Positions 27,655 through 37,666 of a DNA stretch of 64,000 nt are shown piece by piece. This DNA is from Candidatus Hydrogenedentota bacterium. Lineage in GTDB: Bacteria > Hydrogenedentota > Hydrogenedentia > Hydrogenedentales > JAEUWI01. Numbering within the stretch: position 1 is the first letter of the stretch; every line of letters starts with the position of its first letter. The position numbers were made by a program, and so were the translations under genes. The stretch covers positions 86,135-150,134 of the forward strand of contig JAXMOL010000012.1 in the NCBI GenBank assembly GCA_034669905.1, read 5' to 3'. A model generated the notes under the pieces. That model searched no databases and was not told where the DNA came from. It saw only the letters and a list, made by a program, of their open reading frames with translations.

Positions 27655-27879
27655 CGAAAAAATATACCTACCGTTCTATAGGAATCGGGCGCCGGGACGG
27701 GAATTCAAGTATAACAAGGAATGCTCCCCACCCCTTATTGCATTGCGAGAATTTATGGAAAATGTACCGCGCGCACCCACCGGACCAGGCCCACCCATGG
27801 GCCCTCTCCCCGTGGGCCATCCCAACTGTGATACATTGGGTGGGCGGGTATCCGAATCGACTACGGAAAGGATATATCC

Positions 27880-28734
27880 ATGACGTTGGAAGGCAGCCTC
27901 CTCCTTCATTGCCCCGACGTAAAGGGCATCGTCTATGAAGTGTCCCGGTTCCTCTTTGAGCGGGGCGGCAATATCATCGATGCCCAACAGCATCGGGAAG
28001 AGTTGGACAACCGCTTTTTCATGCGGGTCCACTTTGATGCGTCTGAGATGGCGCGTCCTCAGGCGCGGCTGCGGGAAGAGCTACAGGAGTTGACCGACCG
28101 CTTTTCCATGGCCTGCCGGGTGCAGTTTAGTGATGAGCCCCGCAACATTGCGGTGCTGGTATCGCGTTATGATCATTGCCTCTATGACCTGTTGCTACGC
28201 CACCAGTATGGAGAGCTCCAGGGCAACATTGCGGTCGTAGCCAGCAACCACCCCGACCTGGCACCCGTCGCGGCCCACTTCGACGTGCCCTTCGTCCACG
28301 TGCCTGTGACCCGGGAGACCAAAGCCGCAGCAGAGGAGGACATGTTGGGGTTACTCTGCCGCTATGGGATTGACCTGGTGGTTCTGGCGCGCTATATGCA
28401 GATTCTGTCGCCGACCCTGGTGGACCCTTATGCCAACCGGATTATCAATGTTCACCATGGTTTCCTGCCTGCTTTTCAGGGGGCCCGTCCCTATCACCAG
28501 GCCTACGAGAAAGGGGTGAAGCTCATCGGCGCCACCAGCCATTATGTGACGGCAGATCTGGATATGGGGCCCATCATCCAGCAGGCCAGTGTGGCTGTCA
28601 ATCACAGCCACAGCGTGGCGGACCTGAGCACCATGGGGCGCGATATCGAAAGTCAGGTCCTGGCGGCCGCGGTGCGGGCCCATCTCGATGCCCGGATTAT
28701 GGTCTATCGCGACCGGACCATCGTCTTTGAGTAG
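27880..28734 (+). CDS. purU: Formyltetrahydrofolate deformylase
   Basis: N-terminal ACT domain (CPDVKGIV); HCLYDLL, VLARYMQILS, INVHHGFLPAFQGARPYHQA and GATSHYVTADLDMGPII motifs. Confidence 0.96.
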   Translation: MTLEGSLLLHCPDVKGIVYEVSRFLFERGGNIIDAQQHREELDNRFFMRVHFDASEMARPQARLREELQELTDRFSMACRVQFSDEPRNIAVLVSRYDHCLYDLLLRHQYGELQGNIAVVASNHPDLAPVAAHFDVPFVHVPVTRETKAAAEEDMLGLLCRYGIDLVVLARYMQILSPTLVDPYANRIINVHHGFLPAFQGARPYHQAYEKGVKLIGATSHYVTADLDMGPIIQQASVAVNHSHSVADLSTMGRDIESQVLAAAVRAHLDARIMVYRDRTIVFE

Positions 28735-28805
28735 CGTATTCGGCGTGGGGCTGCTATGATCAGGGGTGAAGTGATCCACCAACCGAAGGAGTACGCACTG
28801 TGACA

Positions 28806-29645
28806 ATGCCGGGCAAGATTAAACCATGGTTTCCGCTGGGTCTAACGTTTTCATTGATCGTCCTGCTCAGTTCCTGTGCCACCGTGCCGCTCACCAACCG
28901 GAGCCAGATGACCCTGTTGCCCGAATCGCAGATGGTGATGCTGGGGCAGCAGGCCTATCAGCAACAGTTGAGCGAACATCCGGTGAGCAAGACGCCCGGC
29001 GATGTGGAGCCGGTCCAGCGGGTAGGCGAACGGCTCGCTGCGGCGACCATCGATTTTCTCAAGGCCAATAACCTGCCCACCGATGTCTATGCGTGGGAAT
29101 TCAGCGTCATCGACAACGACGAGATTGTGAATGCCACCTGTTTGCCCGGCGGCAAGATTGTATTTTACAGCGGCATCTTTAAGTACACCCAGGACGACAA
29201 CGGCATTGCCACCGTCATGGGCCACGAAATTGCCCACGCCATCGCCCGCCACGGTAACGAGCGGGTGAGCGAAGCGCTGTTGCTGCAATTGGGTGCCATG
29301 AGTCTCGCCGAAGCCATGAAAACCTCACCGGCACAAACGCGGGAAATCACCAACCAGGCCTTCGGAATCGTATCCAACTATGGCGTGGCCCTGCCCCACA
29401 ACCGTTCCCGCGAATCCGAAGCGGACCGAATCGGCCTGACCCTCATGGCCAAGGCGGGTTACGACCCCCGCACGGCCGTACCCTTCTGGGAGCGCTTCAG
29501 CGAAGCGGGAAAAGACGTGCCGGAATTCTTGTCCACCCACCCTTCTGGCGCAACCCGTATCGCCGACATCAAGACCCACCTCCCCGAAGCCCTGCAGCAC
29601 TACACCGGTGGTTTTCGGGTCGGGAAGCCGGTGGAAAGCCCTTGA
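28806..29645 (+). CDS. M48 family zinc metallopeptidase lipoprotein
   Basis: Lipobox LLSSC; NATCLPGGKI, HEIAH, ESEAD and FLSTHP motifs. Confidence 0.93.
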   Translation: MPGKIKPWFPLGLTFSLIVLLSSCATVPLTNRSQMTLLPESQMVMLGQQAYQQQLSEHPVSKTPGDVEPVQRVGERLAAATIDFLKANNLPTDVYAWEFSVIDNDEIVNATCLPGGKIVFYSGIFKYTQDDNGIATVMGHEIAHAIARHGNERVSEALLLQLGAMSLAEAMKTSPAQTREITNQAFGIVSNYGVALPHNRSRESEADRIGLTLMAKAGYDPRTAVPFWERFSEAGKDVPEFLSTHPSGATRIADIKTHLPEALQHYTGGFRVGKPVESP

Positions 29646-29938
29646 GGGGGAGGTGTAGGGGATTTTATCTTATTGGCCCCGGCTTAACCCCCGGCGATGC
29701 CGGCGAGTATTCGTGAGGATATGCCGTTTCTACGTTAGTTGTTGGCATTCATACGCTGGGCGGTATGTGCCATATTCTTTTGTTAGTCCCGTAGTCGCTA
29801 TGCAAGGGCTCGCAAGGGATTTTTCGTGCCCATGGAGCCATACAGACGTGGGGCCACCACAGAGGGCGGCATTCGGGCGTCTTCCTTTTCTTCTCTGGAC
29901 CGGACGCCCTCTTTTATTTTTTCTTGGTCCCGATTCAT

Positions 29939-30006
29939 GGGCCGTTGGCCCAGGCTATAGGCCTGGGTAAATTCGGTATTTCTCTCTTCCCAGGGCTGAA
30001 AGCCCG
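29939..30006. repeat. Partial copy of the GGGCTGAAAGCCC palindromic repeat family
   Basis: GGGCCGTTGGCCC, CCCAGGC-TATAG-GCCTGGG and AGGGCTGAAAGCCCG share modules with 24028-24244. Confidence 0.65.
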
Positions 30007-30112
30007 CAACATGTGCTCACGGCAATTCCGAAAATTCCGAACCGTCGTGTAGTCGGAAGTCGGTACTACGGGAGCAGCACCTCAACCTGATGAGTTGGGA
30101 ATTTCCATAACC

Positions 30113-32377
30113 CTAGCGATAGTCTTCCATCTTGGGGGCGCTGCCTTCGATGACCCGGGGTTCATAACCAGGTTCGTAGGATTCTTCGAGGTTTGCCTTT
30201 AAGTCGGCCTCGTCAAACCACACGGGTTTGGTTTCCCGTGCCACAAAGAGGGGGACCTGATCGGCGTAGTGGGGGGACTCCGGTCGGGTGCTCGCGCTGC
30301 CGAATTGATGGATGCTCCGGGAATGTACCTTTCCATCGGCGTCCCATGTGGCCATGAGGACGTAGCAGTCGCCTGCCTGGCCCTCCAGAAAGGAGCCGTT
30401 CCATTGGCCATAGACAGCGTGAAGGATATCCGGTCCGCCGCCCATGCCCACGTTCACATCGCCGCGGACGAGGCGGTTGACCTCTTTCCAAGGCACGTCG
30501 AGTTTCCCGAAGGCCCCTTTCAGTTGGGTTGCCTTTTCGAGGAGGTGCTCCATTACGGGCGCACCGGAATTTCCCTTGATACGCGGGCCGGCCGTATCCT
30601 TAAGAAACATGCAGGCCAGGGCAGCGCTCGTGTTTTCCGGATTGCATTGGTAGTCCCAGGCCTTTAAGACGTCGACTGCTTCCTGGAGCAAGGGGTCGGT
30701 GACGTCGCTTGCGCTGAAGACTTCCTCCAGCACTTCGGTCACCTTGGAGTTCCGAGGGTAGGCCACATCATACTTGTAGGCGTAGAATTCCTCCTCCGTA
30801 ATCGACTCATCCGCCGCGAGGAGTTCCAGCAGACGAATCTGCCGGTTGGTCAGTTCCTCAACGGGTTCGATGCCAGCGGTCGTGGGGAAGTTTTCGGGCT
30901 TCAGGTCTTCCGATGGGTCGGTAGCGCGGAAGGGCGTGCCATTGGCATTTGCGATGTAGCCTGCCGCAGGGTCTTTGATGACCGGCAGTTGCTCAAAGGG
31001 GAGATAGCTTTCCCAAAGGGTTTCCGATACATCGCCGGGGAGATACTGGCTGTAATCATAGCCTGGCGCGCGGTCGGGGAGTAGGGCATTGTAGCGATAC
31101 ATGATATGGCCCGACTTATCGGCGTAGCCCACGTTAAAGGAGGGGATGGCCTGCATGGCCATGGCACCGTCAAATTCCGTGAGGTCCTTCGATTTTCCCA
31201 TACGGTACCATTGTTCCACCTGGCGGATGTCGCCGTAGCCCGCATAGCGAATGGCATAGACGCCGTGGGGACGACGGACCACCGGGCCATGGACCGAGTA
31301 GAGGGCTTCCTGGGTGGCTTTCCATTTGAAGCCACCATAGAGATTGACTACGAGGGGGACGACCGATTTTTCCAGGTCTTTCCATTCGCCGTCATATTTG
31401 TATTGGTCGGGGTTTTCGGGGTTCATCTCCAACACATAGACATCGACCAGGTCGGGGCTGTTGACCGTGTGGGCCCAGCCGAGGTCGCGGTTGTGTCCGT
31501 GGAGGACCAACGGCGTGCCGGGGAAGACACCTCCGACGAGGTCCCAGCCTTCCTCACTGTGAAGCCGTGCCTCATACCACGCCACGGGCCCGGTCCAGGG
31601 CTGGTGGGAATTGATGGCGAGGTGGGTCTTGCCGTCGGGCGTGCGGCTGGGCGCGATGGCGAAGGTGTTGGAGCCCGTGGGCAGTTCGTCGGTCAAGATA
31701 TTGCGGAAGGCCACGCCGTCTTCTTTCCGGGACACACTGCGCTGGCGCTCGGTGTTGAAGAGGCGATTCATTTCGTTATCGAGCCCGAAGAAGAAGGGGG
31801 TCTTCAACACGAAGCCCGTGACCACATCCTGGCCCGTGGCGGGGAGGATGCCGGGGATAACCTCATCGGGGTGGAGGGCCGCGTAGTGGTTGTAGCCCGC
31901 GGCGTAGGCTTCGCAGACGGCCCGCACTTCGGGGCTGAGGTCCTTTTCATATTTTTCGGCTACGATTTCCTGGAAGCGAAAGAGTTTCACCAGGTAATCG
32001 AAGGGAGCGGCCTCGGGGCCCTGCAATTCGGCAAGTCGGCCCCGGGTGAGATAGAAGGTCTCCTGGATGGTCTTGAAGTCATCTTCGGCATGGGCATAGG
32101 CCAGGCCATAGGCCGCCGCGGCGTCGGTCTTCCCATAGAGATGGGGAACGCCCCAGGTGTCCCGGTGGATGGTCACCTCATACTTGCCCGCCGGGGGAAT
32201 GAGGTCCCGGGGCGAGGGCATGAAGGTGAGATAGGGAATCTGGGTGCTGATAATACCCAGCAGGGTCACACAGGCCACGCCTAGCGCGATTTTAGGCCAG
32301 CGAAATTTTGTGGGGGGCTGGCTGGCGGCGGCGGGGTCGATATACAACAGATCTTGGGGTTTCGTGTCGTCACTCAT
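30113..32377 (-). CDS. Penicillin acylase family (Ntn-hydrolase) amidase, membrane-anchored
   Basis: RDTWGVPHLYG, GLAYAHAED, autoprocessing site G|SN, NSHQPW and WYEARL motifs; N-terminal TM helix. Confidence 0.93.
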   Translation of the reverse strand: MSDDTKPQDLLYIDPAAASQPPTKFRWPKIALGVACVTLLGIISTQIPYLTFMPSPRDLIPPAGKYEVTIHRDTWGVPHLYGKTDAAAAYGLAYAHAEDDFKTIQETFYLTRGRLAELQGPEAAPFDYLVKLFRFQEIVAEKYEKDLSPEVRAVCEAYAAGYNHYAALHPDEVIPGILPATGQDVVTGFVLKTPFFFGLDNEMNRLFNTERQRSVSRKEDGVAFRNILTDELPTGSNTFAIAPSRTPDGKTHLAINSHQPWTGPVAWYEARLHSEEGWDLVGGVFPGTPLVLHGHNRDLGWAHTVNSPDLVDVYVLEMNPENPDQYKYDGEWKDLEKSVVPLVVNLYGGFKWKATQEALYSVHGPVVRRPHGVYAIRYAGYGDIRQVEQWYRMGKSKDLTEFDGAMAMQAIPSFNVGYADKSGHIMYRYNALLPDRAPGYDYSQYLPGDVSETLWESYLPFEQLPVIKDPAAGYIANANGTPFRATDPSEDLKPENFPTTAGIEPVEELTNRQIRLLELLAADESITEEEFYAYKYDVAYPRNSKVTEVLEEVFSASDVTDPLLQEAVDVLKAWDYQCNPENTSAALACMFLKDTAGPRIKGNSGAPVMEHLLEKATQLKGAFGKLDVPWKEVNRLVRGDVNVGMGGGPDILHAVYGQWNGSFLEGQAGDCYVLMATWDADGKVHSRSIHQFGSASTRPESPHYADQVPLFVARETKPVWFDEADLKANLEESYEPGYEPRVIEGSAPKMEDYR

Positions 32378-33575
32378 CAAGGGATTCCAGGTAGTGGCGC
32401 ATGGCGGTTACCAGGGTAGTGCCAAAGGCCCGTGCGTTTTCGGTGGTGACGGTCACGTCGCCCACGTTGGCATAGGGGATTTCGATGGCGCCCGCATGGC
32501 GAACGCCGGGGAGGTTGCCGGCCCATTGAAAGATGCCCGCCCCCGCCGTGTAGTTCGCCGCGGTATTCCAGCTTTTTCCGAAGGGCATGTCGTTCGCCGC
32601 CTTGTAGGGCAAGGGGGAGTCGGGCACGGCTTCCAGGAGTTGGGCGAAACGTTGTTGCTCTTTCCATATCTCCGGGCGTTCATGGCCCACCAGATAGATG
32701 TGCTCGTTGCCGCCGCCGCGAATGTGGGGGCAATGGATGTCCAGGGTGAAGCGGAGCCGCCCTTCCGACCACGCTGGAACGGTATCGCGTATGGCCCGCG
32801 TGCTGTTGTAAAGGCTTTCCCCTTTGTAGTCACGGCCATGGTCGCGGGGACTGCGGTTCTTGCCTTGTTCACCCTGCTCCACGCCGTCGACATCGACCAT
32901 GGGGAGGGCCAGGACTTCCACGTTGTTTCGGAACCAGGCGCCGTCTTCCGAATCCCCCAGGAGGGTGGTGAAGATCCCCTCAAGGACATAGCTGGCCATG
33001 GACTCACAGGCATGGTGGCGCGCTGTGAGGAGCACACGATGCGTGGGGGAGTCCGGGCTACCAATACGGATCCGGGGGACGTCGCGATTGCCTTCACTCT
33101 GACACAGGCTATCGACCGTCAATGCGGCATGGCCCGACACGGTCTCCAGAAAGCGCTCCAGATCACGGACCTGATAGGGAGGCGCAAAGGCAAAGCGTAC
33201 CGGTTCGCCGCTTTCTGGAAAAGTGTAGCGGAAGGCGGTCATACGTTTTTCTGCGTCAACGGTATCTGTGCCCAACCAACGCCACGTCAACCCCCGATCC
33301 AGACTGACTGCCGGACCCCGGGTGCCGATGACCTTCCCATCCGTGAAGTTGAAGGTGACGGTCTCACCGGGTGTTCCCGTCGCCTCAAAGTTCCAATAAA
33401 ACCACCAACGCGAACTCGTGTGGTAGTCCTGCCGGAGCGCAACGGATGCCGGGGCGCGCTTCTCCACGATGATGTTGCCACCGGGATAGTCGCTTTGAAG
33501 GGTGAGCTCCGCCGAAGCGGTCGCACTCAGCGCGATTGCGAAGAAGCCAAGGAAAACAGGGTACGCGTATTTCAT
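32370..33575 (-). CDS. Secreted M14 zinc carboxypeptidase-like protein
   Basis: Signal peptide; WFYW N-domain, FAPPY, ARHHACE (HxxE), DVDGV, NR and LDIH motifs. Confidence 0.85.
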   Translation of the reverse strand: MKYAYPVFLGFFAIALSATASAELTLQSDYPGGNIIVEKRAPASVALRQDYHTSSRWWFYWNFEATGTPGETVTFNFTDGKVIGTRGPAVSLDRGLTWRWLGTDTVDAEKRMTAFRYTFPESGEPVRFAFAPPYQVRDLERFLETVSGHAALTVDSLCQSEGNRDVPRIRIGSPDSPTHRVLLTARHHACESMASYVLEGIFTTLLGDSEDGAWFRNNVEVLALPMVDVDGVEQGEQGKNRSPRDHGRDYKGESLYNSTRAIRDTVPAWSEGRLRFTLDIHCPHIRGGGNEHIYLVGHERPEIWKEQQRFAQLLEAVPDSPLPYKAANDMPFGKSWNTAANYTAGAGIFQWAGNLPGVRHAGAIEIPYANVGDVTVTTENARAFGTTLVTAMRHYLESLDE

Positions 33576-33625
33576 GATAAAACCTACGGTTGTCCGCCGC
33601 CGGGGGGCGACGTGCCGGACAGTCG

Positions 33626-35131
33626 TTACTTTCCGTCAATGGCCCGTTTCAACAAGTTGTGGGTAATCTGCTGCACGCGGGGATCGGGACCATGGGGGCG
33701 GCTCCAGTGCGACCAGGGGAGGGTATGTCCCGGCGGGGAGCTGAGGCCCTGGGCCCAGAAAATGGTCGAGGCGTTAAAGACGAAGTTATCTTTCGGGCCG
33801 GGGTAGATGGTGGCCGTCCATTGCTGGGGCGTATCCCCACCGACAAAGGCCGTGCCCGATGCCACGATTTCCAGCCCGGGGATGTCGGCCGGCATGCCGT
33901 GGTATTCCCAGCCGATGAGGCCGGGGATGCGGTCGCCTTTCTTCACGCCCGTGTCGGCGAATATCCAGTGCTCGGGTTGCTGGATAATCCAATCGCCGCC
34001 ACCGTTGACCGGTTCCACGTTGCGCGCGCCCATGAGGAGGCCTTCATCGGGGCCATGCTCGGGAAAGGGTCCATGGTCCTTGATGCGGTTCACGGCGTAG
34101 TCATTCTCGGCGCCATAGGGGCCACCGCGAAAGATGATGCGGTTTTCCCGACCGTCGCTGCTCGGTTGGAAAGGGGTGACCCAACAGACGGAGTTACCGG
34201 AAAGAAAGAGGAGGTCCACGCCTTCATCACGCATTTTGGTCACGCTGTTAAACTGACGGATGTCCCAGTATTCGTCGTGTCCAATACTGACGAAGGTCTT
34301 GCACTTCAGGCCCCGGTCGGGGGTCAGCATGTCGCTGTTGGAGCAGTAGGTTACGTCGTAGCCATGTTTCTCCAGCCAGTAGGCCATGGGAAACTCGAAG
34401 GGCAGGAATTCGCCCGATCCCACGGTCAGGGGGTCATTCACCACACCGGTGAACTGGCCTTCCCGCGCATAGGGCCGGTCAAAGCTTACGTCCGCCCAGG
34501 GCCCCTGGGTGCCCTTGGGGTGGGTGTAGATGGAGTACTTGTTGGGCCATTTGTTGTAGGCCTGCCACGTGTTGTCGGAGCACTGGAAGAGGATGTCGGC
34601 CGGCCGGTCATCGGTGACGATGAAGACCACGTAGCTCTGCCAGTAGGGGAGGTCGTCGCTCCCGGGCAGGGTGCTGAGGCGACCGAGGTAAACGCCGCTC
34701 AACCAATCCTCGGGGATGGTCAGCTGGGTTGCCGGTTCCCACTGACATTCGTGGAGATTCTTTTCTCCCGGCTCGGGGGTGGGCTGCACCGAACCCTGAA
34801 GGGGGCCAATGGTCTTCATGAGGCGGGCGCCCCGACCGTCATAGTAGCCCATGCGGAAGATTTCGATTTCATAGGGGAGGGCGGGGTCGGTGGAGACCAT
34901 GATGTCAATCGTCTCGCCCGCCGAGACACTTTGCCTGGAGCAGTAGCCCTCAATCCAGGGCGAGCGGTAGGCCTGCTTGTCTACCCGTACCCGGGTAAGT
35001 TGCCAGTCGAGGGCGCCGGGCTTGGCATTTTCCGTAACGATGGGGTTGTCGGCGGCCGTGGCCTGCTGGCTGGTCGTCGTGACGAGGAAGGCGACCGAGA
35101 GGGATAGCAGCATTCGTGTAGTGGATATCAT
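33626..35131 (-). CDS. Secreted N,N-dimethylformamidase beta-subunit family protein
   Basis: Signal peptide; IEGY, FRMGYYDG, WLSGVYL, TWQAYN, VSFDRPY, GHDEYW and FLSGN motifs. Confidence 0.85.
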   Translation of the reverse strand: MISTTRMLLSLSVAFLVTTTSQQATAADNPIVTENAKPGALDWQLTRVRVDKQAYRSPWIEGYCSRQSVSAGETIDIMVSTDPALPYEIEIFRMGYYDGRGARLMKTIGPLQGSVQPTPEPGEKNLHECQWEPATQLTIPEDWLSGVYLGRLSTLPGSDDLPYWQSYVVFIVTDDRPADILFQCSDNTWQAYNKWPNKYSIYTHPKGTQGPWADVSFDRPYAREGQFTGVVNDPLTVGSGEFLPFEFPMAYWLEKHGYDVTYCSNSDMLTPDRGLKCKTFVSIGHDEYWDIRQFNSVTKMRDEGVDLLFLSGNSVCWVTPFQPSSDGRENRIIFRGGPYGAENDYAVNRIKDHGPFPEHGPDEGLLMGARNVEPVNGGGDWIIQQPEHWIFADTGVKKGDRIPGLIGWEYHGMPADIPGLEIVASGTAFVGGDTPQQWTATIYPGPKDNFVFNASTIFWAQGLSSPPGHTLPWSHWSRPHGPDPRVQQITHNLLKRAIDGK

Positions 35132-35313
35132 GTTTCGTTCTCTTTTGAGGTAGAAGGGGCACTAAGCATTCTTAGGACCTTAGCGCGTGAATCCCTTAAA
35201 TTGCAATGGCGCGCCGTTGGAATTCGACGGGGCTGCACGGTAAAATATGGCACGACCACCGCTCAGGAAGGTGGTTTTTCTCTTCTTCGTCCCCCGATCG
35301 GATGCCCCACACC

Positions 35314-36522
35314 ATGACCACCCCCTCTTCCCTTGCGCGCTGTCCCCATTTTGGTGATTGCGGCGGTTGTAAATCTCAAGACGTGCCCTATGACACCCAA
35401 CTCGCTGCCAAGTCGGCGGCCCTGGGTGAATTGTTTGCCGATTTCTGGACCGCCCCCATTGCGGTAACGCCGTCGCCCACCCAGTGGAACTACCGCAACA
35501 AGATCGACCCGGCCTTTTCGCGCATGCGCTATCCCGAGCCGCCCCCGGCAGACTTTGTGCGGGAAACGGTGCTGGGCTATAAGAAGAAGGGCCAGTGGTA
35601 TTGGCCCCTGGATATCGACGAGTGCCACATCGGCCCAGAGGGTGCCAGTGCGCTCCTACAGGCGACCCGGGCGTGGTATCAGGAGCACGATATTCGTGCC
35701 TGGGACAGCCGCTCGAAGGATGGTGTATTGCGCTATCTGCTGGTCCGTGACGGAAAGCGTTCCGGGGAGAAGATGGTCGTGCTCATTACCCACGAAGGCG
35801 AGCTGGATTGTACTCCCTTCGTCGAGTTGGCCCAATCGGTCTACGGTGCGACCAGTGTCTATCGGGGCTACTTCACGGGCCGCAGTGATGTGGCGACGGC
35901 AGAGCGCCTGGAAGTGCTGGCTGGCGACGCCTATATTACAGAGACCCTCCACCTGCCGAATGGCGTGGATACGCGCTCGCTTTCTTTCCGAATCTCTCCC
36001 CTGAGCTTTTTTCAGACCAATCCCCTGGCAACCGAGAATCTGTACGGAGCCATCCGGGGTTTGGTGCGTGAGCTTGCGCCGCCGACCCTTTATGACCTTT
36101 ATGGGGGCGCGGGGGGGATAGCCTTCAGCTGTAGCGACCTGGTGGAGAAGATCTGGTCGGTTGAGGAAGTGGTGCCCGCCACGGAAGATGGTCGATACAA
36201 CGCGGAAGTAAACGGCATCGAAAACGTGGAATTCATCACCGCGAAGACCGAGACCTATCTCGTGAATCAGCGCCCTGGTGGTCTGGCTTCCGGCGCCACG
36301 GTAATCCTCGACCCGCCCCGTTCGGCCCTCCACCCCAAGGCCATCAAGCGGCTCATGGAGTTTCAGCCAGAGCACATGATCTATGTCTCGTGTAACCCGA
36401 AACTGCTGGCCCGCGAACTGGCGGTGTTTTCGGAAGTTTACGATCTGGCCTCCCTGGAAGCCTTCGACCTCTTTCCCCACACGCCTCATGTGGAAGCCCT
36501 GGCCGTCTTGAAAAAACGCTAA
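35314..36522 (+). CDS. rlmD: 23S rRNA m5U methyltransferase (RlmD/TrmA family)
   Basis: Fe-S motif CPHFGDCGGC; YRNK, SFFQTN, DLYGGAG, DPPR, catalytic YVSCNP and DLFPHTPHVE. No N-terminal TRAM domain, so the exact target is uncertain. Confidence 0.88.
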   Translation: MTTPSSLARCPHFGDCGGCKSQDVPYDTQLAAKSAALGELFADFWTAPIAVTPSPTQWNYRNKIDPAFSRMRYPEPPPADFVRETVLGYKKKGQWYWPLDIDECHIGPEGASALLQATRAWYQEHDIRAWDSRSKDGVLRYLLVRDGKRSGEKMVVLITHEGELDCTPFVELAQSVYGATSVYRGYFTGRSDVATAERLEVLAGDAYITETLHLPNGVDTRSLSFRISPLSFFQTNPLATENLYGAIRGLVRELAPPTLYDLYGGAGGIAFSCSDLVEKIWSVEEVVPATEDGRYNAEVNGIENVEFITAKTETYLVNQRPGGLASGATVILDPPRSALHPKAIKRLMEFQPEHMIYVSCNPKLLARELAVFSEVYDLASLEAFDLFPHTPHVEALAVLKKR

Positions 36523-36536
36523 GGGTAAAGACGGTC

Positions 36537-36894
36537 AACCACGAATGGACTTGAATTGTAAGGAGCATCCGCTGACCGTAAGCCCTTTGTGATGGTTCGT
36601 CATTCCCGCGCAGGCGGGAATCCAGGCGTGGTGCACGGTGCCCCGCCGTGTTTCTGGATCCCCGCCTTCGCGGGGATGACGGCATGGGAAAGTTTTCCCT
36701 CGTTCCGTAGGGGGCCGGGGCGTTTGCCTTGGCGTGGTCGTGTGGGACCCGTGGGACCGATGAGACCTGTGGGACATCACTGACGGGAAGAGGCCTCGTT
36801 GGAAGCGGATGCCGCGCAAACACGAAGTGTTGTGCGTTCTATGTGGTCAATTAGACACTCACTTATTCGTGTAAATTCGTGTCCATTCGTGGTT
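36537..36894. repeat. Outer inverted repeat (AACCACGAATGGAC family) enclosing other repeats
   Basis: AACCACGAATGGAC (36537-36550) pairs with GTCCATTCGTGGTT (36881-36894); the right arm has ATTCGTG three times at a 10-bp period. Confidence 0.75.
36598..36681. repeat. REP-like doublet with dRS3-type core (ATTCCC-N8-GGGAAT)
   Basis: CGTCATTCCCGCGCAGGCGGGAATCCAG ... CTGGATCCCCGCCTTCGCGGGGATGACG in inverted orientation. Confidence 0.88.
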
Positions 36895-36952
36895 AAAATA
36901 ACCCGGCGACGACACGCTCAGGATTTCAACACCAATCAACAAAGGGGCCTTC

Positions 36953-37651
36953 ATGTATATTGCGAACCGTGTTTTTACCGCACTCCTATTCTTCGCGGTA
37001 CTTCCGTCCGTTTGGGCAGAGACCATCGTCGGAAAGGTCGTCGCCATTGCAGACGGCGATACCGTCACCGTCCTGCAGCAGGAGACCCCCATCAAGGTTC
37101 GGCTGCATGGGGTCGACACGCCTGAAAGCAAGCAGGATTTCGGAACGGCGGCGAAGAACTTCACCGGTGATCGCTGTTTCGGCGAGGTGGTAACGGTGGT
37201 CGTCACGGACACGGACCGCTACGGCCGCAAGGTGGGGCTGGTCGTGTTGAAAGACGGGCGGGTGCTCAACCACGAGCTCGTTGCAGCGGGATTGGCCCAT
37301 TGGTACGCCGACTATGCGCCCCACGATGAAACGCTCCGGCGTCTCCAGGACGAGGCCATGGCGGCAAAGCGGGGACTGTGGTCCCGAGCCGACGCCATTA
37401 CACCCCAGGATTTCCGTCAGGGAAAAGGGAAAGGGGGTGGTGCGCCCTACAATCCGCCGGAAGTCACCGATCGCGATTTTTCACCGACGTCGGACGGCGG
37501 GACACCGGCAGCAGATGGGACCGTGTATGTCACCCAGAGTGGCACCAGGTTTCATCGGTCCACCTGCCGCTTCCTGAAGGACAGTCGTCGTCCATTGACC
37601 CGGGCCCGGGCCGAGGCGTCCTACCAGCCCTGTGGCGTCTGTAAGCCCTGA
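36953..37651 (+). CDS. Secreted thermonuclease (SNase family) with C-terminal Zn-binding domain
   Basis: Signal peptide; DGDT, RLHGVDTPE, DRYGR and RGLW motifs; C-terminal FHRSTC...PCGVCKP. Confidence 0.92.
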   Translation: MYIANRVFTALLFFAVLPSVWAETIVGKVVAIADGDTVTVLQQETPIKVRLHGVDTPESKQDFGTAAKNFTGDRCFGEVVTVVVTDTDRYGRKVGLVVLKDGRVLNHELVAAGLAHWYADYAPHDETLRRLQDEAMAAKRGLWSRADAITPQDFRQGKGKGGGAPYNPPEVTDRDFSPTSDGGTPAADGTVYVTQSGTRFHRSTCRFLKDSRRPLTRARAEASYQPCGVCKP

Positions 37652-37666
37652 GCGTCGGACCACCCG

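Noticed and set aside
32244..35107. 520-aa and 505-aa plus-strand ORFs
   Set aside because: Antisense shadows of the M14 and DMFase-like genes.
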